Source of the DNA: Promethearchaeota archaeon
GTDB lineage: Archaea; Asgardarchaeota; Lokiarchaeia; Sigyniarchaeales; SOKP01
Direction: 5' to 3'
DNA length: 64,000 bases
Assembly (NCBI GenBank): GCA_019058245.1
Contig: JAHPZJ010000013.1
Span: 137,166-201,165, forward strand
Below the pieces are notes generated by a model. The model was not told where the DNA came from and ran no database searches. It worked only from the letters and a program-made list of their open reading frames with translations. Below are positions 19,253 through 29,331 of this stretch, one piece after another; position 1 is the stretch's first letter; every line of letters starts with the position of its first letter. The position numbers were made by a program, and so were the translations under genes.

Positions 19253-20302
19253 ATGAACAGAGATAAAATATCTTATTTAAAATTCATTGGTATCATTCTT
19301 CTATTGAGTATTCCCTTGATAGCACTTACTGCTCTTTATTTTAGCAGTACAACAATTACTCCAAATGATGAGTTTTTTGTTATATCTAAAGGTGAAACCC
19401 CCCAAATTAATGAGAATTCATGGGGTTTAACAATCCACGGGCAAGTTAATAACACTTTAACTTTTAATTATTCAAATTTTACTTCTCAACATTCAGAGGA
19501 AGTAATTGGAACATTACAATGTGTTGAAGGGCCTTCAGGTACCGCAATTTGGAAGGGGGTTCCACTCAAAGATTTACTCGATATAGCTCAAATAAAAGAG
19601 GGTGCTTTAGACGTAGTTTTTTACGCTGCAGATGATTATACTTCCTCTTTAACAGTCGAAGAAGCAACTGAAGGAAATGTTCTTTTAGCATATGAGATGA
19701 ATGGTGAACCTCTTCCCCCTGAACAAGGATTCCCTGTAAGAGTTGTCGCACCTAACCAATTAGGATATAAATGGGTAAAATGGGTAGTTAGAATAGAGAT
19801 TGTTAATTATGATTATAAGGGTTATTGGGAAAGTCGTGGATGGAGTGATGATGCCACTCGTATGGTTTTCTCTAATTGGTTCTTACATGCCTTTTTATTA
19901 GCAATTGCTTTTCTTTTTGGAGGGATTGCAATGATTTCAGGATTAAAACGATCACAATTCACTGAAATATTTCATGATTTACCCAAATTTGTCAATAAGA
20001 AATTCCATATTACATTCTCAATTGCATACTTCTTAACATCCCTAAGTGTTTTTATTTATTGGACGATTTCTACGATCCTAAATAGAGGAGCTATCTTTTA
20101 TACTTTCCATGGTATAATTGCATTACTTTCTATTATATTTTTAATCCCAGGTTTTATAACTGGCTTAAAAAAATTAAAAAAAAGAGATCAAAACCAAAAA
20201 ACTTGGCACTATAAATGGAATTTATATTCTTTTATTTTCTTTTTAGTTACAATTCTTTTGGGTTTTTACTTAGCACTTACAGGACAATTTCGTATTTTTT
20301 AA
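19253..20302 (+). CDS. Sulfite oxidase/MsrP-family molybdopterin oxidoreductase fused to a 4-TM His-containing (cytochrome b-like) domain
   Basis: LQCVEG, WKGVPL, AYEMNGEPLPPEQGFPVR, GYKWVKWV, GYWESRGW; C-terminal TMs carry four His. Confidence 0.85.
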   Translation: MNRDKISYLKFIGIILLLSIPLIALTALYFSSTTITPNDEFFVISKGETPQINENSWGLTIHGQVNNTLTFNYSNFTSQHSEEVIGTLQCVEGPSGTAIWKGVPLKDLLDIAQIKEGALDVVFYAADDYTSSLTVEEATEGNVLLAYEMNGEPLPPEQGFPVRVVAPNQLGYKWVKWVVRIEIVNYDYKGYWESRGWSDDATRMVFSNWFLHAFLLAIAFLFGGIAMISGLKRSQFTEIFHDLPKFVNKKFHITFSIAYFLTSLSVFIYWTISTILNRGAIFYTFHGIIALLSIIFLIPGFITGLKKLKKRDQNQKTWHYKWNLYSFIFFLVTILLGFYLALTGQFRIF

Positions 20303-20485
20303 TAATTTTTAAATGAATTCAATAAAAATTTCCAAACTGATTCTAATCTCAGTTCTTAAACCCTCCTATAGACAATTTTTTAATTAATAAACATATCTCT
20401 AAATGATAAAAATATTGTGAATTGAGACTTTTCTAGATTTTAAAAAAAAGTATTAAATATTTTACTTTAAAATTTTAATTATATT

Positions 20486-20633
20486 TGTGTACTAATATTA
20501 TTAATACACACTCAATAAAAATATTATAAAAACTATTTAGATCGCTTTTTCTCACATTCCTATTCGTTTTTTAATTTTTTATACACACTATTGATCCACA
20601 ACACTTAAATATGATTATACACACTTAATGATC
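20486..20633. promoter_or_regulatory. Repeated TACACACT operator-like motifs around a TATA box
   Basis: TACACACT at 20505, 20582 and 20618; inverted TGTGTA at 20486; CTTAAATA lies between the last two copies. Confidence 0.55.
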
Positions 20634-20688
20634 AATGAAAAGAAAAAATACACAATAACAAAAAATAAATAAAAATAGTGGAAAAAAA

Positions 20689-20766
20689 ATGAAAAAAAAA
20701 AGTTTGAGTAAAAGGGAATTAATAATCATTAACAGTATTCGTAATGGATACTTAAGAAAATTCTAA
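20689..20766 (+). CDS. 25-aa basic leader peptide candidate
   Basis: MKKKSLSKRELIIINSIRNGYLRKF* followed by a T-tract. Confidence 0.4.
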   Translation: MKKKSLSKRELIIINSIRNGYLRKF

Positions 20767-20980
20767 ATAATTTATTTTTTTTATTTTTTTATCATGATCA
20801 TTAAACTCATTTAATAAATACAAAGAAAGAAATTTGAATAGAATTGGATTTAAGAAAAAGAACAAAAATTGAAAAAAAAGAAATAAAAAAAAGAAAAATA
20901 ATATAAAAATTAAAAAGAAAATTTGATAAAAATTCCAGATATTGTAATTAGCTATTGTAATTTTATAAGAGGTTAAAAGT

Positions 20981-21688
20981 GTGAAAATTTCTGGTTCAGG
21001 AAAATTATCAGCAGGTAAAATTGATGATGAACTATCTACTTCTGGTTCCCTTAGGATAGCAGGAGATTTTGAATGTAATGCTTTCAGTTCTTCAGGTTCG
21101 ACAAGAATTCAAGGTAATTTGACAGTTCTTGGTGATATTAAAAATTCTGGATCTTTTAGGCTAATGGGCTCTCTCTATGCTGATGGTGATGCTAGGTTTT
21201 CTGGTTCTTCATCAGTAGAAGGGGAGATTTCAGTTAAAAAGGATTTAGTAAATTCTGGCTCTCTCAGAGCGGGAAATAAAATTGAAGTTCATCAAGATAT
21301 TAATTTTTCAGGTTCTTCAAAAGTTCAAGGTGACATTATCTCACACAGAGATATTGTAATTTCAGCCTCATCAACCATTCATGGGAGCATTATTGGGGTT
21401 GATATTTCAATTGGTCGTGAACGTTTAATTAAAAAAAGTATGTATAAACATCCAAATAAGATTTATGGCGATATTTTTGCTAAAAAAGATATTAATCTTA
21501 TCGGCACATTAGTTGAAGGAGACGTAAGAGGGAGAGATGTAAATATTGGACGAGGATCAGAAATTAAAGGGAAAGTTTATTATGTTGATGATATTCAGGT
21601 TCACGAAAAAGCAATCTTACCTTATAATCCAGTTAAGGTTAACATAGAGAATTTAGAAAAAATTAAGAGGAAATTTAAAAATAATTAA
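20981..21688 (+). CDS. Polymer-forming cytoskeletal (bactofilin-like beta-helix) protein
   Basis: Repeated SGS-x-x-I-x-G-D units; VEGDVRGRDVNIGRGSEIKGKVYY. Confidence 0.8.
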   Translation: MKISGSGKLSAGKIDDELSTSGSLRIAGDFECNAFSSSGSTRIQGNLTVLGDIKNSGSFRLMGSLYADGDARFSGSSSVEGEISVKKDLVNSGSLRAGNKIEVHQDINFSGSSKVQGDIISHRDIVISASSTIHGSIIGVDISIGRERLIKKSMYKHPNKIYGDIFAKKDINLIGTLVEGDVRGRDVNIGRGSEIKGKVYYVDDIQVHEKAILPYNPVKVNIENLEKIKRKFKNN

Positions 21689-21715
21689 TAAAAAAGAAAA
21701 TGAGGTATAATTCAA

Positions 21716-22651
21716 ATGTCAAATGAAGAGGAAAAGAATGATGGAATTAAAAAAGAAAAAAAAAATGAGGATCTTGGTAAAGTAAGATTGGAATTGAATA
21801 CAATTCGAGATGATCTCATATATGAATTAGATGATCTTCATGATGATTTAAAAGATGTAATTGAAGATTTAAAAGATGAAACTGCTGATATAAAGGATGA
21901 TTTAAAAGATGAACTGGAAGACATTATAGATGAGCGCGAGGCATTACTTAATGATGTAGGAGATATAAAAGAAGAATTAGAACACTATGGAGAAGATGCT
22001 AAAGAACATATTGAACATGCTAAGGAAAAACTTAAAGCACTAAAAGAAAAAATTGAGAAACATGAGGCAAAATTTAATGAAAAAGTTCAAAAAAAGATTG
22101 AAAAAGCGAAAAGAAAAGTATCTCGAATAAATATATCTGTAGACCCTGATATGAGTGAGGAATGGAGAAATTGGGCTGATGGATTAGGTGCTTCAGTTTC
22201 AGAATTAGTTCGAAAATCTATGAAGTTTGTAAAAAACAACATTGGAGATCTGAAAAAATTAGATCAATTAGGAGCTAAAATGGAGAAAATGGGAGAGGGT
22301 ATCGAACAAGCAGTAAAAGATGCTGGTATTGAAGAATTAGGAGAAAAGCTGGAGAGAGAATTTGGAGGTAGGAAAGGAAAAGGTAAATCAAAAGTCCAAA
22401 TAGCAGTTAAGCAAGATATCACCAAAGAAAGAATAAAAAAGAGAGTATATGGTTTAATCAAGCTCCATAATAGTTTACCTATTGAGAAACTTGCCCAAGC
22501 ATTGGGTAAATCAAATGAAGCTGCTGAAAATTTAATATATGAGATGGTTGCAGAAGGAATCGAGGGTAAACTTGAAGAGAGTGTGTTTAAATTCACAAGT
22601 ACTTCCGAAGAAGTAATATCAATAATTGATGAATTAATTGATAAAATGTAA
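21716..22651 (+). CDS. Acidic coiled coil + ribbon-helix-helix + C-terminal winged helix/PCI-like protein
   Basis: RINISVDPDMSEEWRNWADGLGASVSELVRKSM (RHH); LPIEKLAQALGKSNEAAENLIYEMVAEGIEGKL (wHTH). Confidence 0.7.
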   Translation: MSNEEEKNDGIKKEKKNEDLGKVRLELNTIRDDLIYELDDLHDDLKDVIEDLKDETADIKDDLKDELEDIIDEREALLNDVGDIKEELEHYGEDAKEHIEHAKEKLKALKEKIEKHEAKFNEKVQKKIEKAKRKVSRINISVDPDMSEEWRNWADGLGASVSELVRKSMKFVKNNIGDLKKLDQLGAKMEKMGEGIEQAVKDAGIEELGEKLEREFGGRKGKGKSKVQIAVKQDITKERIKKRVYGLIKLHNSLPIEKLAQALGKSNEAAENLIYEMVAEGIEGKLEESVFKFTSTSEEVISIIDELIDKM

Positions 22652-22711
22652 TAAAAAAGAGTTAGTACCTATTTTAAAAAAATAAAATAAAAGGAAATTA
22701 GGGGATTTAGT

Positions 22712-23992
22712 TTAGAAGAAACAGCAAATAAGAATACTTTTAAAAGTTATATATTTTTTTGGGTAGGGCAGTTATTTTCAATATTAGGCTCATCTATTAC
22801 GCAGTTCACAATAGTTTGGTGGTTAACAATTGTTTATGAAAGTCCAACTATTCTTTCGTTAGCCAGTTTTGCTTATCTTTTACCATTAACTATTGTATTT
22901 CTTATTGCTGGTGTAGTTACAGATAGATGGAACCGAAAAAAGATTATAATTATTGCAGATTCTCTTCAAGCTTTTGTCACACTAATAATAATTATTTTAT
23001 TTAATTTAGAGATAGCAAATCCAATTTTGATAATAATAATGAACGTATTTTTAGGGACATTCCAAGGCTTTCATATACCTACTGTAAGTGCTATTGTTCC
23101 CACGATGATTCCGAAGGATAAATTAAGTAGAATGAATGGTTTTAATTTTCTTTTAACAAGTTTTCTTCAAATTCTAGCACCAATTATATCTGCAATGCTT
23201 CTAGCTTTATTTCCAATAAAGATCATACTGTGGATAGATCCAATAACATTCCTAATTGCTTTAACACCATTATTTTTTATTATAATCCCATTAATTAAGC
23301 CAGAAATGATATCGAAAAAGAAAAATTCATTTATTAACGATCTTAAAATTGGTTTTAAGACTTTAAGATTAATTCCTGTTGTCTTTATGATGCTCTTGAT
23401 AGCAATGTTTGTAAATTTTTTAATGAGACCATTTAGTCTTCTTTCACCTTATTTTATATATTTCAATCATTCTGGTACTGCTACAGATTTAGCATTTGTT
23501 ACAGCATTTTTATATGGTGGAATGATATTAGGTGCATTAATTTCTTCAATCAAAAAAAGTTGGAAACATAGTGTTTCAATTTATTTCATGGGAGAATTAA
23601 TCATAATGTTAACTATTGGAATTTTTGCAGTTTCCCCTCATGGTGCTTTTGTATTTATGGCTATAGTTGTTTTTTTTATTGGTTTAGTAATTCCAATCAA
23701 TAACACAATTTATTTAACTATCATGCAACTAAAAGTACCTGCTGATAAGATGGGGAGAATATCTTCTATTGATTATGCTTTATCGATGGCAATATCACCA
23801 ATTGCAACAGTTCTTGCCGGACCTTTAGGAGATTTATGGGGGGTACCAAATCTAATTCTTTATTGCTCAATAATAGGAATTATAATAGTATTAATATTAT
23901 GGTGGATAACTAACTTGCGAATTAACAATAATAGTAATAATGAATTTGAAATCAAGGAAATTAAAGTTAATTCAACTCAGATTGAATTATAA
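22712..23992 (+). CDS. MFS transporter, MefA/DHA3-like; N-terminus extends 105 codons upstream of the called ORF
   Basis: The frame upstream of 23027 reads FWVGQLFSILGSSITQF...AGVVTDRWNRKKIIIIAD; no ATG/GTG/TTG after TAA 22688-22690. Confidence 0.85.
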   Translation, partial: LEETANKNTFKSYIFFWVGQLFSILGSSITQFTIVWWLTIVYESPTILSLASFAYLLPLTIVFLIAGVVTDRWNRKKIIIIADSLQAFVTLIIIILFNLEIANPILIIIMNVFLGTFQGFHIPTVSAIVPTMIPKDKLSRMNGFNFLLTSFLQILAPIISAMLLALFPIKIILWIDPITFLIALTPLFFIIIPLIKPEMISKKKNSFINDLKIGFKTLRLIPVVFMMLLIAMFVNFLMRPFSLLSPYFIYFNHSGTATDLAFVTAFLYGGMILGALISSIKKSWKHSVSIYFMGELIIMLTIGIFAVSPHGAFVFMAIVVFFIGLVIPINNTIYLTIMQLKVPADKMGRISSIDYALSMAISPIATVLAGPLGDLWGVPNLILYCSIIGIIIVLILWWITNLRINNNSNNEFEIKEIKVNSTQIEL

Positions 23993-24033
23993 GGAAAATA
24001 CAGAATGCTTTGATTTTTTTCATCTATATCTTT

Positions 24034-24537
24034 TTAAAATTTATCCTGATTACTAAGCCAATTCAATAAGTCTTTACTTTTTTTTGGAAATATAAAAGTA
24101 ATTATTTCTATTGCAGTTTTTTTAACATCTGAATCTTCATCTGAAAGAAGACAACTTTGTAATACATCAAAAACTTTATCATCTTTTAATTCTAATACCT
24201 TAAAGGCAAGGATACTGATCTTTCTTATTTCACTATTATCATTATTATCTATGAAATAACTTAATAGATCAATTGCTTCTGATTTGGACATCGATTTATT
24301 GGTTACATAGTTATAGATTTTATCAACTGTTAATTCTTCATTCATAAATTCAAGAGCATCTTGATAATGTAAATAAGTTTCTTCTATTGAATTAATATTT
24401 CTATTCTTCTTTCTCAGATCAAAAGGACACAAATGATTTTCAGGCAGTCTATGCTTATTACAAAAAATCATACCACAGAATTTACATCGATAGGGAATAT
24501 CTTCTATCTTGTTTTTACAATGATAACAATTTGTCAA
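24034..24537 (-). CDS. AN1-type zinc finger plus HEAT-repeat protein
   Basis: CYHC...PYRCKFCGMIFCNKHRLPENHLC; HEAT-like helices at the C-terminus. Confidence 0.85.
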   Translation of the reverse strand: MTNCYHCKNKIEDIPYRCKFCGMIFCNKHRLPENHLCPFDLRKKNRNINSIEETYLHYQDALEFMNEELTVDKIYNYVTNKSMSKSEAIDLLSYFIDNNDNSEIRKISILAFKVLELKDDKVFDVLQSCLLSDEDSDVKKTAIEIITFIFPKKSKDLLNWLSNQDKF

Positions 24538-24740
24538 TTTCCTTAATTTAAAATAATAATAAGCTATCTATAATTTTCATATTAATATAGTAAAATTAAA
24601 TATAAATAATCATAATGATATCAATTTTTATTATTGGAGTTATTATCTTGATATATATTTTAAATACAATTATTCAAATTTTATATTGATCAAGCATCTA
24701 AAATTTATTAAAAATAAACTTATTCTAAGGAGTTAATAAT

Positions 24741-25250
24741 TTGAAAGCTAAAAGAGTGTCAGATTCCAAGATTGAAATTGCTCAATTAATGTATCCTGAA
24801 CATGCAAATCCAGCAGGTAATGTTCATGGTGGATATATTCTTAAAATTGTAGATGAAGCCGCTGCAATAGCAGCTGCTAGACATTCTCATCAAAATATAG
24901 TAACTGCTTCTGTAGATAGAATGGACTTTATTTCTCCTGTATATATAGGCAATTTAATTTTCGCAAAAGCTTCAATTAACTATACTGGAAAGACATCCAT
25001 GGAAATTGGTGTTAGAGTTGAAGCTGAATGTATAAGAACAGGAATTCATACCCATGTTGGTTCTGCTTATTTGACATTTGTAGCTCTTGATGAAAATGAT
25101 AAACCAATAGAAATACCCCAAATATTGCCAGAAACAGAAGAAGAAAAACGTCGATTTATAGAAGCTCAAGAAAGGAGGGAAAAAAGATTAAAACAGATAA
25201 AAAAACATGAGCATATACAACAAGCTTGTATTCCCAGAATGAATAAATAA
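24741..25250 (+). CDS. Acyl-CoA thioesterase (hotdog fold, YciA-like)
   Basis: PEHANPAGNVHGG, VTASVD, YTGKTSMEIGV, AYLTFVALD. Confidence 0.92.
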   Translation: MKAKRVSDSKIEIAQLMYPEHANPAGNVHGGYILKIVDEAAAIAAARHSHQNIVTASVDRMDFISPVYIGNLIFAKASINYTGKTSMEIGVRVEAECIRTGIHTHVGSAYLTFVALDENDKPIEIPQILPETEEEKRRFIEAQERREKRLKQIKKHEHIQQACIPRMNK

Positions 25251-25445
25251 GAATTAGAAATTTTCATTTTAACAACTTGAATGATTCTTATTAATTATTC
25301 TATAAAGCATTACAAGGAGAGAGTGGACTAAATGAGCAAATTCTCCATTTTCTTTAGTATGATTATGAGAAGTCTTTTTTTCTTCTACTTAATCATATTC
25401 AAAAATAGTATTTTTTTCATTTTCTCTCGTTATATCCAAGCTTTC

Positions 25446-25628
25446 TTAATCATACCAATCTTGACAATTACAATCATCTAGAGGTAAATGTACAACGGAA
25501 TGAGTATATTTATTTAAATCTCTAAATAATTGCTTAAATTGCTCCCTTGAAGCATTATTAATTACTTTAGATTCAATCTGATTATCATGTTCATGATATT
25601 TTGATATAGCGAGTTTCTTTGTTTTCAT
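25446..25628 (-). CDS. Small His/Cys-containing protein
   Basis: 60 aa, starts 8 nt after the radical SAM gene; HSVVHLPLDDCNC tail. Confidence 0.5.
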   Translation of the reverse strand: MKTKKLAISKYHEHDNQIESKVINNASREQFKQLFRDLNKYTHSVVHLPLDDCNCQDWYD

Positions 25629-25636
25629 TATCTATT

Positions 25637-26389
25637 TTATATTTGTTCTTCAATATCATTAATATTTGAATATCCAACCACATTATCTCTAATGTATATA
25701 TTAAAAGGAAGTTTTGAATTTTTATAATTTTCAAGAATTTTAAGTAGTGTGATATGCTCTGGGATGTAATAGATTTCTTTATATTTCTCTCCAACATGCT
25801 CTGAATATTGATATTGTTGCAAAACAAAATTTCCTCTAAAATGGACTTTTTTAAGAAAAGTAATAATCTTATGAATATCCTGAGGGTTCATTAAATTTCC
25901 AACATAGGTAGTTCGTATCTCAAAATCAATTTCCTCTCGTTTATTAATAAACCCGATAGTACGTACTATTAATTCTGGATTAATATTACTCTTTGTTATC
26001 TCCTTAAGTCTTTGAGATTTTAAAGGGCTCTTTAAATCTAAAGCAATCCTATTAATATATGGAAAGAGTTTTTGCAATACTTCAGGATTTGTGCCATTTG
26101 TATCAATACTAATATATTTTCCAACTTTTTTTATTTCCTTACATAATTCTAACAAATCTCTTTGAAGTGTGGGTTCTCCTCCACTGATACTTACACCACT
26201 AACTAGTAAATTATTTTTAACATCGACAATTAACTCATCAATTCCTACATCTCGCCCTCCTTGTATGTTTAATAAATGTTTATTGTGACAAAATCCACAG
26301 TTTAAATTACAACCTATGGTAAATATTACCATACTTGATTGATGAGGAATATCTTTTGTTGAAATATCAATTATCCCACCAATTCTCAT
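25637..26389 (-). CDS. nrdG: Anaerobic ribonucleotide reductase activase-like radical SAM protein
   Basis: GCNLNCGFCHN, SGGEPTLQ, DTNGT, EIRTT. Confidence 0.8.
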   Translation of the reverse strand: MRIGGIIDISTKDIPHQSSMVIFTIGCNLNCGFCHNKHLLNIQGGRDVGIDELIVDVKNNLLVSGVSISGGEPTLQRDLLELCKEIKKVGKYISIDTNGTNPEVLQKLFPYINRIALDLKSPLKSQRLKEITKSNINPELIVRTIGFINKREEIDFEIRTTYVGNLMNPQDIHKIITFLKKVHFRGNFVLQQYQYSEHVGEKYKEIYYIPEHITLLKILENYKNSKLPFNIYIRDNVVGYSNINDIEEQI

Positions 26390-26396
26390 ATCATCA

Positions 26397-27287
26397 TCAA
26401 TATTCCTTCCTAATTAAATCCTCTACTAAATATAGTGGTAAATTAAATCCTCCTGAATTTTCTAACTTGAGTGACGTTAGAGCAGCAGAGAATTTTAATG
26501 ATTGTTCAACATCTTTTGTAATCCGAGATCCTAAATAACTAATAAAAGCAGTATCTCCCCTTCCTGTTCTTCCAATAGATCTATTATTTTTCCATGGAAA
26601 AAAGTATGAATTAGTAAGTGTGAATACAGAAATTCCTTTTTCATGAGTAATAAGGATTTCTTTAGCGCCTATAGAAATAAGATCTTTAGCTGCAGCTGCA
26701 ATAGATTTTTGACTCGTTAGAATTTCTGCTTCAGTTTGATCAACTTTTAAAACATAGACATTTGATATTATCTGTTTTTTTTCTTTAAGAGATAAGCTGG
26801 AATAAAACACTTTTCTCTCATTTCTAAATCTTATAAATCCTTGTATATCAAGACATAATTTTCTGGGATACTTTTGTTTAATATATTCTAGTAATTCTAG
26901 ATCAATTTCACCGGCTATGATTGGACTTATAACAAAAAATGCAGTATCTATTTGTGGGATTTCTTCTTTTTTGAAGAGACCAGCGAATCCTAATGGTTGA
27001 TAGTCTCTGAATTCCATGTTTTTAGAAGAATAAATATTTTTCAAACCTGACGTTTGTTCTGAAGAATAAGCATAATATGTTATTCCATACTTCTTAAAAA
27101 CATTTAATAATTCAAAATCTGCTTCATTTAATCTTGTTATAATAGTGATTTTAAGACCCATATGACAACCAGCTAACGCACCATAATATACAGCACCACC
27201 TAGAGAAATATAGCTTTTTCTGTCTATTTCAATAATATCCTTTGCTATATGCCCTAAAATTACAATATCAGCAGATTCATCTTTCAT
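26397..27287 (-). CDS. PfkB-family carbohydrate kinase
   Basis: GHIAKD, GGAVYY, LDIQG, RTGRGDT. Confidence 0.88.
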   Translation of the reverse strand: MKDESADIVILGHIAKDIIEIDRKSYISLGGAVYYGALAGCHMGLKITIITRLNEADFELLNVFKKYGITYYAYSSEQTSGLKNIYSSKNMEFRDYQPLGFAGLFKKEEIPQIDTAFFVISPIIAGEIDLELLEYIKQKYPRKLCLDIQGFIRFRNERKVFYSSLSLKEKKQIISNVYVLKVDQTEAEILTSQKSIAAAAKDLISIGAKEILITHEKGISVFTLTNSYFFPWKNNRSIGRTGRGDTAFISYLGSRITKDVEQSLKFSAALTSLKLENSGGFNLPLYLVEDLIRKEY

Positions 27288-27356
27288 AGATATAATAATA
27301 AAACAATTAGCAAATTAAGAAATTATTGTTATTGATAGAAAAAAAGTGAAATTGAT

Positions 27357-27482
27357 TTAATTTATGCTTATTAATCTTTCCTTCTCTTTTTTACGATTCT
27401 CAATAAAGATTTCTAGAATATTTTCTATAATATTAGTATAATTCAGGGATGCAATCTTATCAATCGAATTATTTATTCTCGT
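27357..27482 (-). CDS. Possible 41-aa protein with an ACG start
   Basis: AGGT-AAAAACTT-ACG then RINNSIDKIASLNYTNIIENILEIFIENRKKEKERLISIN*. Confidence 0.3.
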   Translation of the reverse strand, partial: TRINNSIDKIASLNYTNIIENILEIFIENRKKEKERLISIN

Positions 27483-27780
27483 AAGTTTTTACCTATTTCA
27501 AAATTAATTTTTTTAAACATTTATGCGATGATTTTATCTTTAACTAGAACCTTCTTTAACTCTATATTTATAGACTAAAAGGTAATTTTTAAGGTATTTG
27601 AATTTAACCCACGTTTTTCCCATTTTTTCTTTCAAAATAAAAAAAAAAGGTAGTATAGAAATCTCAAATTTAACTATTACTAATGCTAAATTTCGAATCA
27701 AAAGGTTTTTTAATGGTTTTTAATTTTCCATTACAAAATAGTCTAATAATAATAGAAACATTTTAATTAGGGATAAGATA

Positions 27781-28065
27781 TTGATTTTTAAAGATTTAAT
27801 TGGGTTACTGAAAAAGAAAGGTTTCAAAGATACATTACATGTTCTTATAAACCAGAAGGATTATAAAACTGATAAACACACGTTTTATAATGAATTAAAT
27901 AAATTTAGTTACTACAATTCGTTTTTTCGAATAAAGGAAGAATTAATAAAAAAAGGAATAATTGCCATTGAAAACACAAGTAAAGTAAAAACAATCAAAC
28001 TCACAAAGAAAGGCATAGAAATATACAATAAATTGCACGAAATTAACGAAATGGTAAAAACTTAA
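27781..28065 (+). CDS. Winged-helix DNA-binding protein
   Basis: ELIKKGII...IKLTKKGIEI. Confidence 0.75.
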   Translation: MIFKDLIGLLKKKGFKDTLHVLINQKDYKTDKHTFYNELNKFSYYNSFFRIKEELIKKGIIAIENTSKVKTIKLTKKGIEIYNKLHEINEMVKT

Positions 28066-28082
28066 AACCCTTTTTTTTTTTT

Positions 28083-28760
28083 TTGACCCCTAATTATCAT
28101 AAAAGTGTAATATTTTTGATATTGAAAAGATTAATTGTTGGACCTCTAGGTACTAATTCCTATATCTTTGGTTCAGATAAAATAAAGGAAGCAGTAATTA
28201 TTGACGTTGGAGGAGAACCTGAAAAAATTATTGAAGCAATCGAACAAAAATTAAAGATAAAACCCAATGGTTTGTTATTAACACATGGACATTTTGATCA
28301 TACTTTAAAACTTGGAAAATTACTAAGGCACTTTAATATTCCCTTAATGTTTAATAAAAAAGAATTTGATTCAGGGATATATACCCATAAAAAGGCAGAT
28401 AGATGGCTTTCGGAAGGAGATGTTGTAAACGTTGGAGAAATGATACTAAATGTTCTAGAAACGCCTGGTCATTCTCCTGGGGCATTGTCGTTCTATTCAA
28501 ATGATCCAATTGAATATAATGGTAAAATGATGGATGGTGTTATTTTTACAGGAGATTTAATTTTTAAGCGTAGCATTGGTCGAACTGATATAAGAGGAGG
28601 TGATTCAAAACTTTTATTTCAAAGTATAAGAAATAAAATAATGTATAATCCAGAAATTTCTGATAATTTTTTGATATTACCCGGACATATGGATATTACA
28701 ACTGTTGGTGAAGAAAGAGAATTGAACATGTTCAAGGACTATTTTTTGAAAATAGATTGA
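28083..28760 (+). CDS. MBL-fold metallohydrolase (glyoxalase II-like)
   Basis: THGHFDH, TPGHSPG, FTGD, GRTD, PGH; true start probably about 28116. Confidence 0.92.
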   Translation: MTPNYHKSVIFLILKRLIVGPLGTNSYIFGSDKIKEAVIIDVGGEPEKIIEAIEQKLKIKPNGLLLTHGHFDHTLKLGKLLRHFNIPLMFNKKEFDSGIYTHKKADRWLSEGDVVNVGEMILNVLETPGHSPGALSFYSNDPIEYNGKMMDGVIFTGDLIFKRSIGRTDIRGGDSKLLFQSIRNKIMYNPEISDNFLILPGHMDITTVGEERELNMFKDYFLKID

Positions 28761-28907
28761 TTATTTTCAATTATTTTTTGATTTCATTTGATTTAAACAA
28801 ATAATATAAATAAATTATTTATTTGGAAGGATATCTAAATTTTTAAAAACATTAAATACATTATAATATTAAAAAAATAGAATATAATTCTCAAGGTGTT
28901 ATTATTC

Positions 28908-29192
28908 TTGATTAATCGTGCTGAAGTGAAAGCAATTATCCGACGTTTCGAAGAAAGAGAGGGAATTCGTGGAGTTATTATTTGCGATTCCAGTGGCTTA
29001 CCAATTGATTCAAATTTAGAGATAGAACTCTCGGAATCAGTAGCTGCCTATGTAACATCACTAATAGGGAAGGGAAAACAAGTTGTTGAAGCATTAAAAG
29101 AAGGGGATCTCAACTTTATAAGGTTAGAAACATCAAAAGGCGAGACTATGGTTGCTCTTGAAGAAAATCTGATTTTGATAATTTTGAAATAA
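28908..29192 (+). CDS. Roadblock/LC7 domain protein
   Basis: GIRGVIICDSSGLPIDS...DLNFIRLET; TTG 28908 behind AAGGTG. Confidence 0.9.
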   Translation: MINRAEVKAIIRRFEEREGIRGVIICDSSGLPIDSNLEIELSESVAAYVTSLIGKGKQVVEALKEGDLNFIRLETSKGETMVALEENLILIILK

Positions 29193-29331
29193 ATTGTTAT
29201 TTTTTCACTTTTCCTTTTTTATATATTTGATAAATTTAAATGCCTTAAACTCTATATTTAATCTATATATTTATTTAAGATATTTTATTTACCAATTTCA
29301 GAATTTAAATCAATTTATTGAGATATTTATT

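Noticed and set aside
25269-25439. Minus-strand 57-codon frame with one internal TAA
   Set aside because: Could be a small pseudogene, but no recognisable homology supports it.
25637-26389. A complete class III ribonucleotide reductase locus
   Set aside because: No nrdD in the window; only the activase-like gene is present.
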